Source: Acutalibacteraceae bacterium (GTDB lineage: Bacteria > Bacillota > Clostridia > Oscillospirales > Acutalibacteraceae). From it: a stretch of 64,000 nt of DNA. Positions 38,027 through 47,195 of this stretch are shown here, piece after piece. The stretch covers positions 17,149 through 81,148 of the forward strand of contig JAZNCS010000051.1 of assembly GCA_045587685.1 (NCBI GenBank), in the 5' to 3' direction. Each line of letters opens with the position of its first letter. Position 1 is the first letter of the stretch. Both the position numbers and the translations under genes were made by a program. Under the pieces are notes generated by a model that ran no database searches, was not told where the DNA came from, and worked only from the letters and a program-made list of their open reading frames with translations.

Positions 38027-38202
38027 CAACGGCTTGCCGTTGTATATCATCAATTTCGAAGAAATTGCATATCATCCACTCGAAGAGTGGCATATCATCA
38101 TGTCGCAGAGAATACACGCCGGAGCGTGATGATATACAGCCCAAAGGGCTGATGATATCCACCACACTTCGTGCGGTGATGATATGCCAAGTCTGCGACT
38201 TG
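38027..38202. repeat. composite array: 3x ATATCATC(A) then 3x TGATGATAT, interleaved with seven different short hairpins
   Basis: 9-mers at 38044, 38069, 38092 and their complements at 38127, 38150, 38177. Hairpins at 38027-42, 38052-66, 38076-90, 38115-28, 38137-51, 38160-78, 38188-202. Confidence 0.7.
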
Positions 38203-38205
38203 AAT

Positions 38206-38237
38206 AAAAAAGTCGTATCCTATTGATACGACTTTTT
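38206..38237 (-). terminator. intrinsic terminator of ssrA (bidirectional shape)
   Basis: AAAAAAGTCGTATC-CTATT-GATACGACTTTTTT. Confidence 0.8.
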
Positions 38238-38584
38238 TGGTGGAGGTGAGGGGAATCGAACCCCTGTCCAAAAATCTATCCATATCGGCATCTCCGAGCG
38301 CAGACACATCTTTAAAATTCCCTTATATTGCCGTTAAGTGTCGAACTGCAATATTCGGTAGTCTCTACTTCGTGACAGCAAATGAGACACTTTGCTGTTC
38401 ACGTTCATCGCTAAAATGACACCTTCCCCCGACCGCGATACTTCGGGTTCAGATGAGCCGCCTAATTAGGCAGCTAAAGCAACTTTATTGTTGTTACTTA
38501 ATTTTGTGTGCGGCTTGTTAAGCGGTACCGCACCGCTGCTCGCTTCCAATACTTCAAAATCCCTGTCGAAACCTTTACACCCCC
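38238..38584 (-). ncRNA. ssrA: tmRNA
   Basis: Minus strand 5' GGGGGTGTAAAGGTTTCGAC ... 3' GGGGTTCGATTCCCCTCACCTCCACCA. Acceptor stem pairs with G3:U. Tag frame ends ..NNNKVALAA-TAA (stop 38466..38468). Adjacent to smpB. Confidence 0.9.
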
Positions 38585-38631
38585 GTATTTGAAGTAAAAA
38601 GTAATAGTGAATAGTGAAGAAGTATACTTTT

Positions 38632-39090
38632 TTATCTATTTTGTTCTTTGATTGCTCTGTCGATTGCGCGGTTAGCATCGCGTTTTGCGGCAACTTGACG
38701 CTTATCGTGAAGTTTTTTACCTCTGCAAAGTCCTAACTGCACCTTTACAAGAGAACCTTTAAAATAAAGTGACAATGGCACTAACGCCAAACCCTCTTGC
38801 TTGACTGTTCCAAAAAGGCGCATAATTTCACGCTTGTGAAGAAGCAACTTACGGTCTCTTGCGGGAGGTTTGTTGAAAATATTTCCGTGGTCATAAGGGC
38901 TAATGTGCATTTGTTTAATCATCATTTCGCCGTTTTCAACATTACACCAAGCATCTTTTAAATTAACGCCACCTGCACGAATTGACTTTATTTCAGTACC
39001 CGAAAGCACAATACCGCATTCGAAACTTTCCTCAACAAAATATTCGTGAAAAGCTTTTTTGTTTGTAGTTATTGTTTTTATATTTTCCAT
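38632..39090 (-). CDS. smpB: SsrA-binding protein SmpB
   Basis: NKKAFHEY, GTEIKS, LLLHK.EI. Confidence 0.9.
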   Translation of the reverse strand: MENIKTITTNKKAFHEYFVEESFECGIVLSGTEIKSIRAGGVNLKDAWCNVENGEMMIKQMHISPYDHGNIFNKPPARDRKLLLHKREIMRLFGTVKQEGLALVPLSLYFKGSLVKVQLGLCRGKKLHDKRQVAAKRDANRAIDRAIKEQNR

Positions 39091-39232
39091 TCTCCCACCT
39101 CCTTAAACTATAAGACAGTGATTATACCTTACTTTTTTTTAAATGTCAAGCAAAAAATGTCGAAGAAAAACGCCTTTACAAAATGTAAAGGCGTTAATTC
39201 TCTAAAACGTATAACCTTTATGTATATAAAGA

Positions 39233-39403
39233 TTAGTCTTCAACGATAGCCTCAACAGGACATCCTGCTTGACATGCGCCACAGCTGCAGCACTTATCAG
39301 CATCAATTTCATAACGTTCTGCACCTTCAACAATAGCGTCGCAAGGGCAACCAGCTGCACAAGCACCACAGCTAATGCAAGCATCAGTAATACTATAAGC
39401 CAT
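39233..39403 (-). CDS. fdx: clostridial-type 2x[4Fe-4S] ferredoxin (56 aa)
   Basis: Below the track length cut-off. Hand translation: MAYSITDACISCGACAAGCPCDAIVEGAERYEIDADKCCSCGACQAGCPVEAIVED. GGAGGTG RBS. Confidence 0.85.
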   Translation of the reverse strand: MAYSITDACISCGACAAGCPCDAIVEGAERYEIDADKCCSCGACQAGCPVEAIVED

Positions 39404-39475
39404 CTAAAACACCTCCATAGATTTACTACTTAATCATTTTAACAATAATTACTCTAAAAATCAAGTAAAATATTT

Positions 39476-40297
39476 TTACTTTCGTTTACCTTTTGAAATT
39501 ATTTCAACATCATCTCTATGAACCTTAAACGGAATACTGTCGCCATCAACTAATTTAACAATAAGATTACCTGTTATAAGGTTAGCGTCAATAACATTTG
39601 CTACACCCGAATTTGTTTTAACTGTAGAGCCAACATTTGGAGTAAATGAATTCAAATACTCATACGCATCTTGTTCATATTTAAGGCAACACATAAGGCG
39701 ACCACAACTACCCGAAATTTTAGTAGGGTTAAGAGAGAGCCCTTGTTCTTTTGCCATTTTAATTGAAACCGACTGAAACTCGCCCAAAAAACGCTTACAA
39801 CAATAAGGTTGACCGCATATTCCTATACCGCCAAGCATTTTCGCTTCGTCTCTAACACCAATTTGTCTGAGTTCAATTCTTGTATGGAACTTTGCAGCTA
39901 AATCCTTAACAAGTTCGCGGAAATCTACGCGGTTGTCAGAAGTAAAGAAGAATATTATCTTTCCGCCATCAAAAGAATACTCAACCTCAACAAGTTTCAT
40001 ATCCAACTTGTGATTTTCTATATACTTTTCGCAAACCTTAAAAGCTTCCGTTTCTTTTTTTTGGTTTTCAATTTGCCTTGCCAAATCCTTTTCGTTTGCA
40101 AAACGAACCATTCTTTTAAGGGGCAATACTAAGGTTTCATCCTCTACCATATGGTTTTCTTCGGAAACAGTACCAATTTCTAATCCATACTGTGTTTCAA
40201 CAATTACCTTGTCGCCTATTTTAACCTTTTTTTCTTCGGGTGAAAAATAATATCCCCTGCCGGCATCCTTAAATTTAACCGAAATAACCTCTGTCAT
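39476..40297 (-). CDS. yaaT: PSP1-domain protein YaaT/RicT
   Basis: 273 aa. ..CGRLMCCLKYE.. motif. Follows holB as in Bacillus. Confidence 0.85.
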   Translation of the reverse strand: MTEVISVKFKDAGRGYYFSPEEKKVKIGDKVIVETQYGLEIGTVSEENHMVEDETLVLPLKRMVRFANEKDLARQIENQKKETEAFKVCEKYIENHKLDMKLVEVEYSFDGGKIIFFFTSDNRVDFRELVKDLAAKFHTRIELRQIGVRDEAKMLGGIGICGQPYCCKRFLGEFQSVSIKMAKEQGLSLNPTKISGSCGRLMCCLKYEQDAYEYLNSFTPNVGSTVKTNSGVANVIDANLITGNLIVKLVDGDSIPFKVHRDDVEIISKGKRK

Positions 40298-41223
40298 AAT
40301 TCCTCCGAAATTTGTTTTGCCTTACAAACCATACTACAAAACAAAAGATTTAAGTTTATATTGGTCTTTAAACTTTTTTCAAATTCTGGTATAGCGGAAT
40401 AAAACTTAGCAATTTGCAAACCAAATACACCGTTTGGTTTTTTTCTTAATTCCGCCGCTAACTGATATTTTAAGTTGCTTAAAAATTTATCCGCGTTAAT
40501 GCGGTCTTTTTCAAATTTTGCCGCTACTTTAAGCATAGAAAATTCATCGCCATTTAAAAACGCGCTTAAAAATTCGGTTGCTAAAAGTTCGGTCTTTGTT
40601 GCCGCTCCCTTTAAAACCTTTAATGCTCTACCAATATTGTTTTTAGATATTTTCAAAGCATTAATTATTTCTTCCCTGCTTTTTTTAGTATTATTAGCAA
40701 TATATTCCAAAGCAGTTTCTTCATCGGGCGCGTTTAAACTGAGTACTGAACAACGCGATATAATTGTGTCCAAAAAGGAAGCCTTACTTTCAGCAATTAT
40801 TATAAACATAACACATTCAGGCGGTTCTTCAAGCAATTTTAAAATAGTATTTTGCGAATCTTCTTTTAAAGTTTCGCCGTTTTCTATAATATAAACCTTT
40901 TTATTCGCCGTGTGCGGTTTAATATATGCTTTATTTTTAAGTTCCTTTATTTGCGCAACCGATATGCTTTTTTTGTTTTCAAGCGGCGCTATGGTTATAA
41001 TATCAGGGTGATTTGCCGAAAAACACAATCTGCAATTATTGCAATTTTTACAAGGCGCATTGTCACTTTCGCAAACTGCGGCAGCAGCCAAATACAAAGC
41101 AAGAGTGTGTTTTCCTAAACCCGCTTCCCCCTCAATCAAAATCGCGTGGGGTATTCTTTTGGTTTTAATCCAAGCCTCAACCGCAAGTTCTACATTTTGA
41201 TTGGCTACAAGCGGGAAACTCAT
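40294..41223 (-). CDS. holB: DNA polymerase III delta' subunit
   Basis: HAILIEGEAGLGK, Zn-module C..C.NC..C, LLEEPP. Confidence 0.85.
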   Translation of the reverse strand: MSFPLVANQNVELAVEAWIKTKRIPHAILIEGEAGLGKHTLALYLAAAAVCESDNAPCKNCNNCRLCFSANHPDIITIAPLENKKSISVAQIKELKNKAYIKPHTANKKVYIIENGETLKEDSQNTILKLLEEPPECVMFIIIAESKASFLDTIISRCSVLSLNAPDEETALEYIANNTKKSREEIINALKISKNNIGRALKVLKGAATKTELLATEFLSAFLNGDEFSMLKVAAKFEKDRINADKFLSNLKYQLAAELRKKPNGVFGLQIAKFYSAIPEFEKSLKTNINLNLLFCSMVCKAKQISEEL

Positions 41224-42230
41224 AGCACAAAACCAACCTTTTTCATAGCCTTAAAGTAGGTTTTTCTTGCTATGTATTCTGCCTTTTCGGCACCCTCTTT
41301 ATAAAGAACTTCAAGTTGTTTTTTATCTTTAATGATTTCGTCATAAGAAGCCTTAATCGGCGCTAAAGTATCGGCTACTGCTTCACCAACGGCGAGTTTA
41401 AAGTCGCCATAGCCTTTACCTTCGAACTCTTTTTCAATTTCCGAAACAGTTTTGTTTGTTACTGCCGAATAAATTGTAATAAGGTTTGAAATACCCGGTT
41501 GTTCATCACTCATACGAACTACTCCCAAGGAGTCGGTTACAGCGCGTTTGAACTTGCGAATAATATCATCCTTGCTATCCAAAATAGCAACCCAAGAATT
41601 CAAATTATCATCCGATTTAGACATTTTTTTAGTTGGGTCTTGAAGTGACATTACTCTAGCCCCTGTTTTTGGAATATAAGCATCAGGCACAGTGAACACA
41701 TCGCCATAAAGATTGTTAAAACGAATAGCGATATCTCTTGCAATTTCAAGGTGTTGCTTTTGGTCAGCACCAACAGGTACTAAATCGGGCTTGTAAAGTA
41801 AAATATCCGCCGCCATAAGCACAGGGTAAGAAAACAAGCCTACATTTATATTGTTAGCGTGTTTTGCCGATTTATCTTTAAACTGTGTCATTCTTGACAT
41901 TTCGCCAAATTGGGTATTGCATGAAAGTAACCAAGCAAGTTGTGCGTGTTCAGGCACGTGTGACTGAATAAATACAGTGTTCTTTTCGGGGTCGATACCT
42001 AACGCCAAAAGTAACGCATAGGTAGAATATATTTGACTGCGAAGTTTTGCGGGTTCTTGTCTTACTGTTATTGCGTGTAGGTCAGCCACAGCAAAGGTAC
42101 AATCAAACTCATTCTGCATATTAACCCAATTTTTAAGCGCACCCAAATAATTACCCAAGGTCAACATACCACTGGGTTGAATACAACTTAAAACTCTTTT
42201 TTGTGTATTGTTTTCAATATTTTGACACAT
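41220..42230 (-). CDS. trpS: tryptophan--tRNA ligase
   Basis: CIQPSG.LTLGNYLGA, KMSKS. Confidence 0.9.
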   Translation of the reverse strand: MCQNIENNTQKRVLSCIQPSGMLTLGNYLGALKNWVNMQNEFDCTFAVADLHAITVRQEPAKLRSQIYSTYALLLALGIDPEKNTVFIQSHVPEHAQLAWLLSCNTQFGEMSRMTQFKDKSAKHANNINVGLFSYPVLMAADILLYKPDLVPVGADQKQHLEIARDIAIRFNNLYGDVFTVPDAYIPKTGARVMSLQDPTKKMSKSDDNLNSWVAILDSKDDIIRKFKRAVTDSLGVVRMSDEQPGISNLITIYSAVTNKTVSEIEKEFEGKGYGDFKLAVGEAVADTLAPIKASYDEIIKDKKQLEVLYKEGAEKAEYIARKTYFKAMKKVGFVL

Positions 42231-42294
42231 ATTTATTCCGCCTTTAATCTTTATCCTATCTATTATATCATATCAATCAAAAACTTACAAGAGA

Positions 42295-42876
42295 TTAGTT
42301 TTGTTCATCTAACGATAGCGAGAAACTTTCCATAAATTCTTCCATAAAAATATCGGCTTCTTTACAGTTTAGTTCTTTTATTGCTTTTCTTGTGCTTTTT
42401 TCGGCTACTGAAAATTCTTTATTTCCCATATTAAGTTCTTCGATACACTTAATAAGTGCCGAAATTTTATCCGCCGCCTTTACAAGCAAATTTGTCAACT
42501 CGTCCGGGTTATAAATTGTTTCAAAATCGCTTTTAAAATCTTCGGGCAATTTGTCCATAAGTCTTTTTTGGGCAGTAGCCTCTATTTTTTTGTAAACTTC
42601 CCTTATTTCAGGGTTTTGATATTTTATAGGAGTAGGCATATCGCCGGTTATTATTTCGGAAGTGTCGTGATACATAGCAACAACCGCGGTGAATTCGGGG
42701 TTTGCGTTACCGCCTAAACGCTTTTTATTTATAATAGCAAGAGCGTGTGCAATTTGAGCCACTTCTAAAGAATGTTCGCTTAAATTTTCAAAACGGGTAT
42801 TGCGCATAAGCCCCCATCTATTAATATTCTTCATTCTTGACATTACCGCATAAAAATGATTTCGCAATTTTTTCAC
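42295..42876 (-). CDS. HD-domain 5'-deoxynucleotidase (YfbR-like)
   Basis: RW...R..ENLSEHS..VA..AH, YHDTSE. Confidence 0.8.
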   Translation of the reverse strand: MKKLRNHFYAVMSRMKNINRWGLMRNTRFENLSEHSLEVAQIAHALAIINKKRLGGNANPEFTAVVAMYHDTSEIITGDMPTPIKYQNPEIREVYKKIEATAQKRLMDKLPEDFKSDFETIYNPDELTNLLVKAADKISALIKCIEELNMGNKEFSVAEKSTRKAIKELNCKEADIFMEEFMESFSLSLDEQN

Positions 42877-42957
42877 TTTCCTTTCTTTTATATTGAATAT
42901 TATAACATTTATTGTTATAATATCAATATAAATTTAATTTTAGGAGAATTTTTAAAT

Positions 42958-45630
42958 ATGGTTTTTTCCGAACTTAAATCAACAACGCTTAAGCCTCAAA
43001 AGGAAAAGAAACTTTTAACCTTTTCTGTTGCTTTTTTGGTTGCCGCATGTCTTTTTTTACCATATATTTTTATGGATAACGGATATTTTTTATTTTACGG
43101 TGATTATAACGTTCAACAAATCCCGTTTTATATGCACTGCCACGAGGCTATAAAAAACGGAAATATTTTTTGGGACTTTGGTACTGATTTAGGCGCTAAT
43201 TTTATTGGTTCTTATAGTTTTTATCTTTTAGGAAGTCCTTTCTTTTGGTTTACACTTTTATTCCCAACCAGTTTTGTTCCTTACCTTGTAGCGCCGCTTT
43301 TAATTTTAAAGTTTAGCCTTGCAGCGCTTACAGGTTATCTTTTTATACGCCGTTTCACAAAAACACCCTTAGCCGCTTCTTTAGGCGGACTAATGTACGC
43401 TTTTTCAGGTTTTTCAATTTACAACATTTTTTATAACCACTTTCACGAAGCTTTAATCATTTTTCCTTTGTTACTTTTATCTGTAGAACTTTTGCTTACC
43501 GAAAATAAGCGCTTTTTCTTCGCGCTTATGGTTATGGTAGCGGCTATAACAAACTATTTTTTCTTTTTCGGAATGGTAATATTTATAATAATATACTTCT
43601 TCGTAAGATTGTTTTCAGGGGCGATTGAAATTAAAGTTTCGCGCTTTTTGGCCTTTGCTTTTGAAGCAATTTTAGGATTGGCTCTTTCGGCAATAGTTTT
43701 ATTACCGTCTATACTTGCTATTATTGATAATAGCAGAGTTTCAAATTCGCTTATCGGATGGAACGCAATTATGTACGGCAAAGAGCAAATTTACGCTAAT
43801 ATTTTGCAATGCTTTTTCTTCCCACCCGATATTCCCGCGCGTCCTGTTTTCTTCCCTTACGCCGAAGTACAATGGTCTTCATTGGGCGGTTGGTTACCTC
43901 TTTTTAGCACAGTTGGTATTTTCACCTTGTTTGCAAAAAAGAAAAATCATTGGCTAAAGCGCCTTATTGGAATTTGTATATTTATGGCGTTAGTGCCAAT
44001 TTTAAATAGCGCGTTTTACGCTTTTAACACAGCCTATTACGCAAGATGGTTCTATATGCCTATTCTTATGATTTCTTTAGCTTCGGTTACTTTGGCTGAG
44101 GATAGTAATATCGATTGGTCTTATGGTTATAAGTGGGTAATGGGCATAACTATTGCCATAACCCTTGTTATTGGCTTTTTCCCGCAAAAGAACTCCAATG
44201 GCGAACTTATTTACGGACTTTACACCCAAAGTTCCGACAACACCTATATTATCCGCTACTGGATCACCTGCGCAATTTCAATAATCAGCCTTATTGTTTT
44301 AGGATTTTTACTAAAACTAATAAAATCAAATCCTAAAGCATTTTTCAAATCAGCCATCGCTTGTGTTTGTATAATTACTGTAGTATACGGCAATGTATTT
44401 ATTTCTTCAGGCCGTTCACATTCGTACGATATACAAACCGTTATGATAGATTCTTTACTTGAAGGTGAAGTTGATTTAAACGATGACAGCAATTATAGAA
44501 TAGACGTTTACGAGGGTGTAGACAATACCAGTATGTATTTAGGTTATTCTACCATAAACGCTTTCCATTCAATTATTCCTGCTTCGGTTATAGAATTTTA
44601 CGAATATATTGGAATTGAACGAAGCGTTGCAAGTAGACCGGACACTACCTACGAGGCAATAAGACCTTTACTTTCGGTTAAATACCTTTTAGACCCTAAA
44701 GATGATACCGATTTTTTGATTTCAAATAATCAAACCGAAATGGCGGGTTATAAATATCTCAATACACAAGACAACTATTATATTTACGAAAACGAAAATT
44801 ATATTCCTTACGGTTTTTCTTACGAATACTATATGAGTTATGATTTTTGTAATTCTTACCCACAAAAAGACCGCGCAGCCCTTATGCTTAAAGCTATTTT
44901 GCTTACCGATGAACAAATAGAAAAATACGGCAGTTTATTTAAAAATATTGAAGAATTAGAACCGGAAATTTCGGAAGAACCAAACTTTATAGAAGACCCA
45001 GACATTACAGAAGAACCGGAATATTCTGAAGATGATTTACCGATAGCTGATTACGATAATACCGAAGAAACTATTGATTCAACTATTCTTGATACCACAA
45101 ACGAGGCTTTAAAGTATGACTCAGAAAAATTAGCTAAAACTTCAGCTTCCACCTTTAAAACCGATAAATACGGCTTTACAGCAACAGTAGAGCGCGATAA
45201 AAAAACTCTTGTATTTTTCTCAATTCCTTATGACGAGGGTTGGTCCGCTACAGTAAACGGCGAAAAAGCCAAAATTGAAAAAGTAAATGCCGGATTTATG
45301 GCAGTAAGAGTGCCTAAAGGCGAAAGCACTATTTGCTTTAACTACACTACTCCAGGTTTACAAAGCGGTATTCTTATAACAATCGCTTCTGCCGGAATTT
45401 TCATTCTTTATATCATTATTTTCTTAGTTTACAATCATAACCGCACCGGTGAAGAAAACTATCCCGAAGGCAACGAACTTTTATGCAAATGGTCGTTAGA
45501 AGAAGTTACCGAAGAAAAAGAAGATACACCAAAACAAAGTTTGCTTGACGATATCCCCGATATTGACATTCCAAGTATAAACAACGGTTTTGAAGGCGGT
45601 TTCAAAATAAATACTAATATTGATGAATAG
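42958..45630 (+). CDS. yfhO: YfhO family polytopic membrane (glycosyl-transfer related) protein
   Basis: Start trimmed to MVFSELK (AGGAG RBS). GDYNVQQIPFY motif. Many TM helices, acidic linker, C-terminal TM. Confidence 0.8.
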   Translation: MVFSELKSTTLKPQKEKKLLTFSVAFLVAACLFLPYIFMDNGYFLFYGDYNVQQIPFYMHCHEAIKNGNIFWDFGTDLGANFIGSYSFYLLGSPFFWFTLLFPTSFVPYLVAPLLILKFSLAALTGYLFIRRFTKTPLAASLGGLMYAFSGFSIYNIFYNHFHEALIIFPLLLLSVELLLTENKRFFFALMVMVAAITNYFFFFGMVIFIIIYFFVRLFSGAIEIKVSRFLAFAFEAILGLALSAIVLLPSILAIIDNSRVSNSLIGWNAIMYGKEQIYANILQCFFFPPDIPARPVFFPYAEVQWSSLGGWLPLFSTVGIFTLFAKKKNHWLKRLIGICIFMALVPILNSAFYAFNTAYYARWFYMPILMISLASVTLAEDSNIDWSYGYKWVMGITIAITLVIGFFPQKNSNGELIYGLYTQSSDNTYIIRYWITCAISIISLIVLGFLLKLIKSNPKAFFKSAIACVCIITVVYGNVFISSGRSHSYDIQTVMIDSLLEGEVDLNDDSNYRIDVYEGVDNTSMYLGYSTINAFHSIIPASVIEFYEYIGIERSVASRPDTTYEAIRPLLSVKYLLDPKDDTDFLISNNQTEMAGYKYLNTQDNYYIYENENYIPYGFSYEYYMSYDFCNSYPQKDRAALMLKAILLTDEQIEKYGSLFKNIEELEPEISEEPNFIEDPDITEEPEYSEDDLPIADYDNTEETIDSTILDTTNEALKYDSEKLAKTSASTFKTDKYGFTATVERDKKTLVFFSIPYDEGWSATVNGEKAKIEKVNAGFMAVRVPKGESTICFNYTTPGLQSGILITIASAGIFILYIIIFLVYNHNRTGEENYPEGNELLCKWSLEEVTEEKEDTPKQSLLDDIPDIDIPSINNGFEGGFKINTNIDE

Positions 45631-45633
45631 AAC

Positions 45634-45666
45634 AAAAAGGTTGACTCATTTGAGTCAACCTTTTTT
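45634..45666. terminator. bidirectional terminator
   Basis: AAAAAGGTTGACTC-ATTT-GAGTCAACCTTTTT. Confidence 0.8.
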
Positions 45667-45668
45667 AA

Positions 45669-47195
45669 TTACTTTATACTTTGATTTTGGGCTACCTTCT
45701 GGGCATATTTAATTACTTTTCTAAGCGAAGAAGAACTAAGTCTTCCCATATCAATACCATTTACATTATATTGATATTTGGTTTCAGTAGCCTTTGTAAA
45801 ACTAACAACTGTATCTTTTGCAGAATCGTTATACTTAAAGGTTATAACAATTTCACTTTGAGCATTCAACTTTTCAACATTATATTCCGAACAAGTAAGG
45901 GAAACAAGTTCTTCAAAAAACGCTTTAAAGTAGTCTTCTTTTATTGTTTTTCCGTTACAAGCTATCTTATAAGTGTTTTTTTCTTCGCTTGTAATTTCAA
46001 AATTATATTCCTTATCCGCTGTTTTAAATACAACTGCTGACAATTTATCAAGTGTTTGCATACAAACCCAATTAGAATAAAAATCAACCGTTTTATAGTC
46101 GATAAATCCTAAATATGATGGGGAAACCATTTTAATATTAACACTGTCACTCGAAACAACAGCATAATTTCCGTCATCTTGAAGTTTGAATTTATAAACA
46201 AAAGTTTTATCCTTGATTTTAAGGGTTGCTGTAAAATCGGGATTGTCGAGTCCTACTTTACGGATAGATTTATCCGACACATCAAAAGAATAAGCACCAT
46301 CTACTGTTAAGCCCGACTTGAAAATACCAAACAATTCGTCAACATTATTGGCTATACGCTCATTTGGTTTTTTTACAACATAAGTTGCATACTCCGAAAT
46401 GGTTTCATTTTTATTCATTTCGATAACAACAGGTGTTTCAAGGTTTTTGCCTGTTACAGTTAATGTGTCAAATTTTTCAAGAGCATCATCAACAATATAA
46501 TCCCCGTATCCCAAGCCTAACTCTACACCTTTAAAACTATCACTGTTAGCAAGTGCGATTTCTTCAAAAATTAATGTTTCAGCTTCATAAGTTTCAACCA
46601 AATAAATCTTTTCGCTATTTGAAACTTTTAAATATGTGCCGCGATTATCGGGAGAGTTTTTACCTACTAACACCGAAACTTTAGAATTATCACTCATTGT
46701 GACAACAGCCTTAGCTTCTGGTGTTTCAAGTCCGCAATCGCTTAAAGATTTAGAAGTAATTTCCCTAAAAGCAGTAACGTTTGAAACATAACCCACTATA
46801 TCCGAAATAAAATCACTATTTACAACTTCTTTTCCGTAACCCTTAACATACCAATTTTTTAAGTTGCCTTCGGTTTCACTGTAAAACTCATAACTACCAT
46901 TTTTGTTTTCCAAGTTAACGGCAGTAATATTATTTTGGTTAAGGAAAAGCACCGAAATTTCAGTGTTTTGTTCAGTAGTGTCGTCCTTTAATTCTGGAAT
47001 AAATTTAACAACTGCAAAAGCACCACCAAAAAGCAACACAACCGATAAAACCGCAGAAACCACCATTGGCCAACGTGCCTTTTTTTCTTTTTTCGCTACC
47101 TTTTTATACTGAGTTGTAGGGTCCGAAAAAACTGTCGAAAATTCTTCATTTGTATCTATTAAGTTTTCTCTATCTTCATTTGGTAAATTATTCAT
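45669..47195 (-). CDS. DUF4340-like protein, N-terminal membrane anchor
   Basis: 508 aa. One TM (WPMVVSAVLSVVLLFGGAFAVV). Typically follows GldG-like genes. Confidence 0.65.
   Translation of the reverse strand: MNNLPNEDRENLIDTNEEFSTVFSDPTTQYKKVAKKEKKARWPMVVSAVLSVVLLFGGAFAVVKFIPELKDDTTEQNTEISVLFLNQNNITAVNLENKNGSYEFYSETEGNLKNWYVKGYGKEVVNSDFISDIVGYVSNVTAFREITSKSLSDCGLETPEAKAVVTMSDNSKVSVLVGKNSPDNRGTYLKVSNSEKIYLVETYEAETLIFEEIALANSDSFKGVELGLGYGDYIVDDALEKFDTLTVTGKNLETPVVIEMNKNETISEYATYVVKKPNERIANNVDELFGIFKSGLTVDGAYSFDVSDKSIRKVGLDNPDFTATLKIKDKTFVYKFKLQDDGNYAVVSSDSVNIKMVSPSYLGFIDYKTVDFYSNWVCMQTLDKLSAVVFKTADKEYNFEITSEEKNTYKIACNGKTIKEDYFKAFFEELVSLTCSEYNVEKLNAQSEIVITFKYNDSAKDTVVSFTKATETKYQYNVNGIDMGRLSSSSLRKVIKYAQKVAQNQSIK

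Noticed and set aside
37916-38307. ORFs 37916..38152 (+) and 38098..38307 (-) crossing the hairpin array
   Set aside because: Their repetitive YHH/YHQ strings are simply translations of the 9-mer repeats. They have no RBS, and one overlaps the tmRNA terminator and 3' end.
38466-38693. 75 aa ORF on the minus strand ending ..NNNKVALAA
   Set aside because: It is the tmRNA tag reading frame extended artificially upstream through the tmRNA 5' domain. It is not a protein gene.
39202-39384. 60 aa track ORF (MLALAVVLVQ...)
   Set aside because: It is the wrong frame of the ferredoxin gene. The correct frame gives two perfect CxxCxxCxxxCP motifs.
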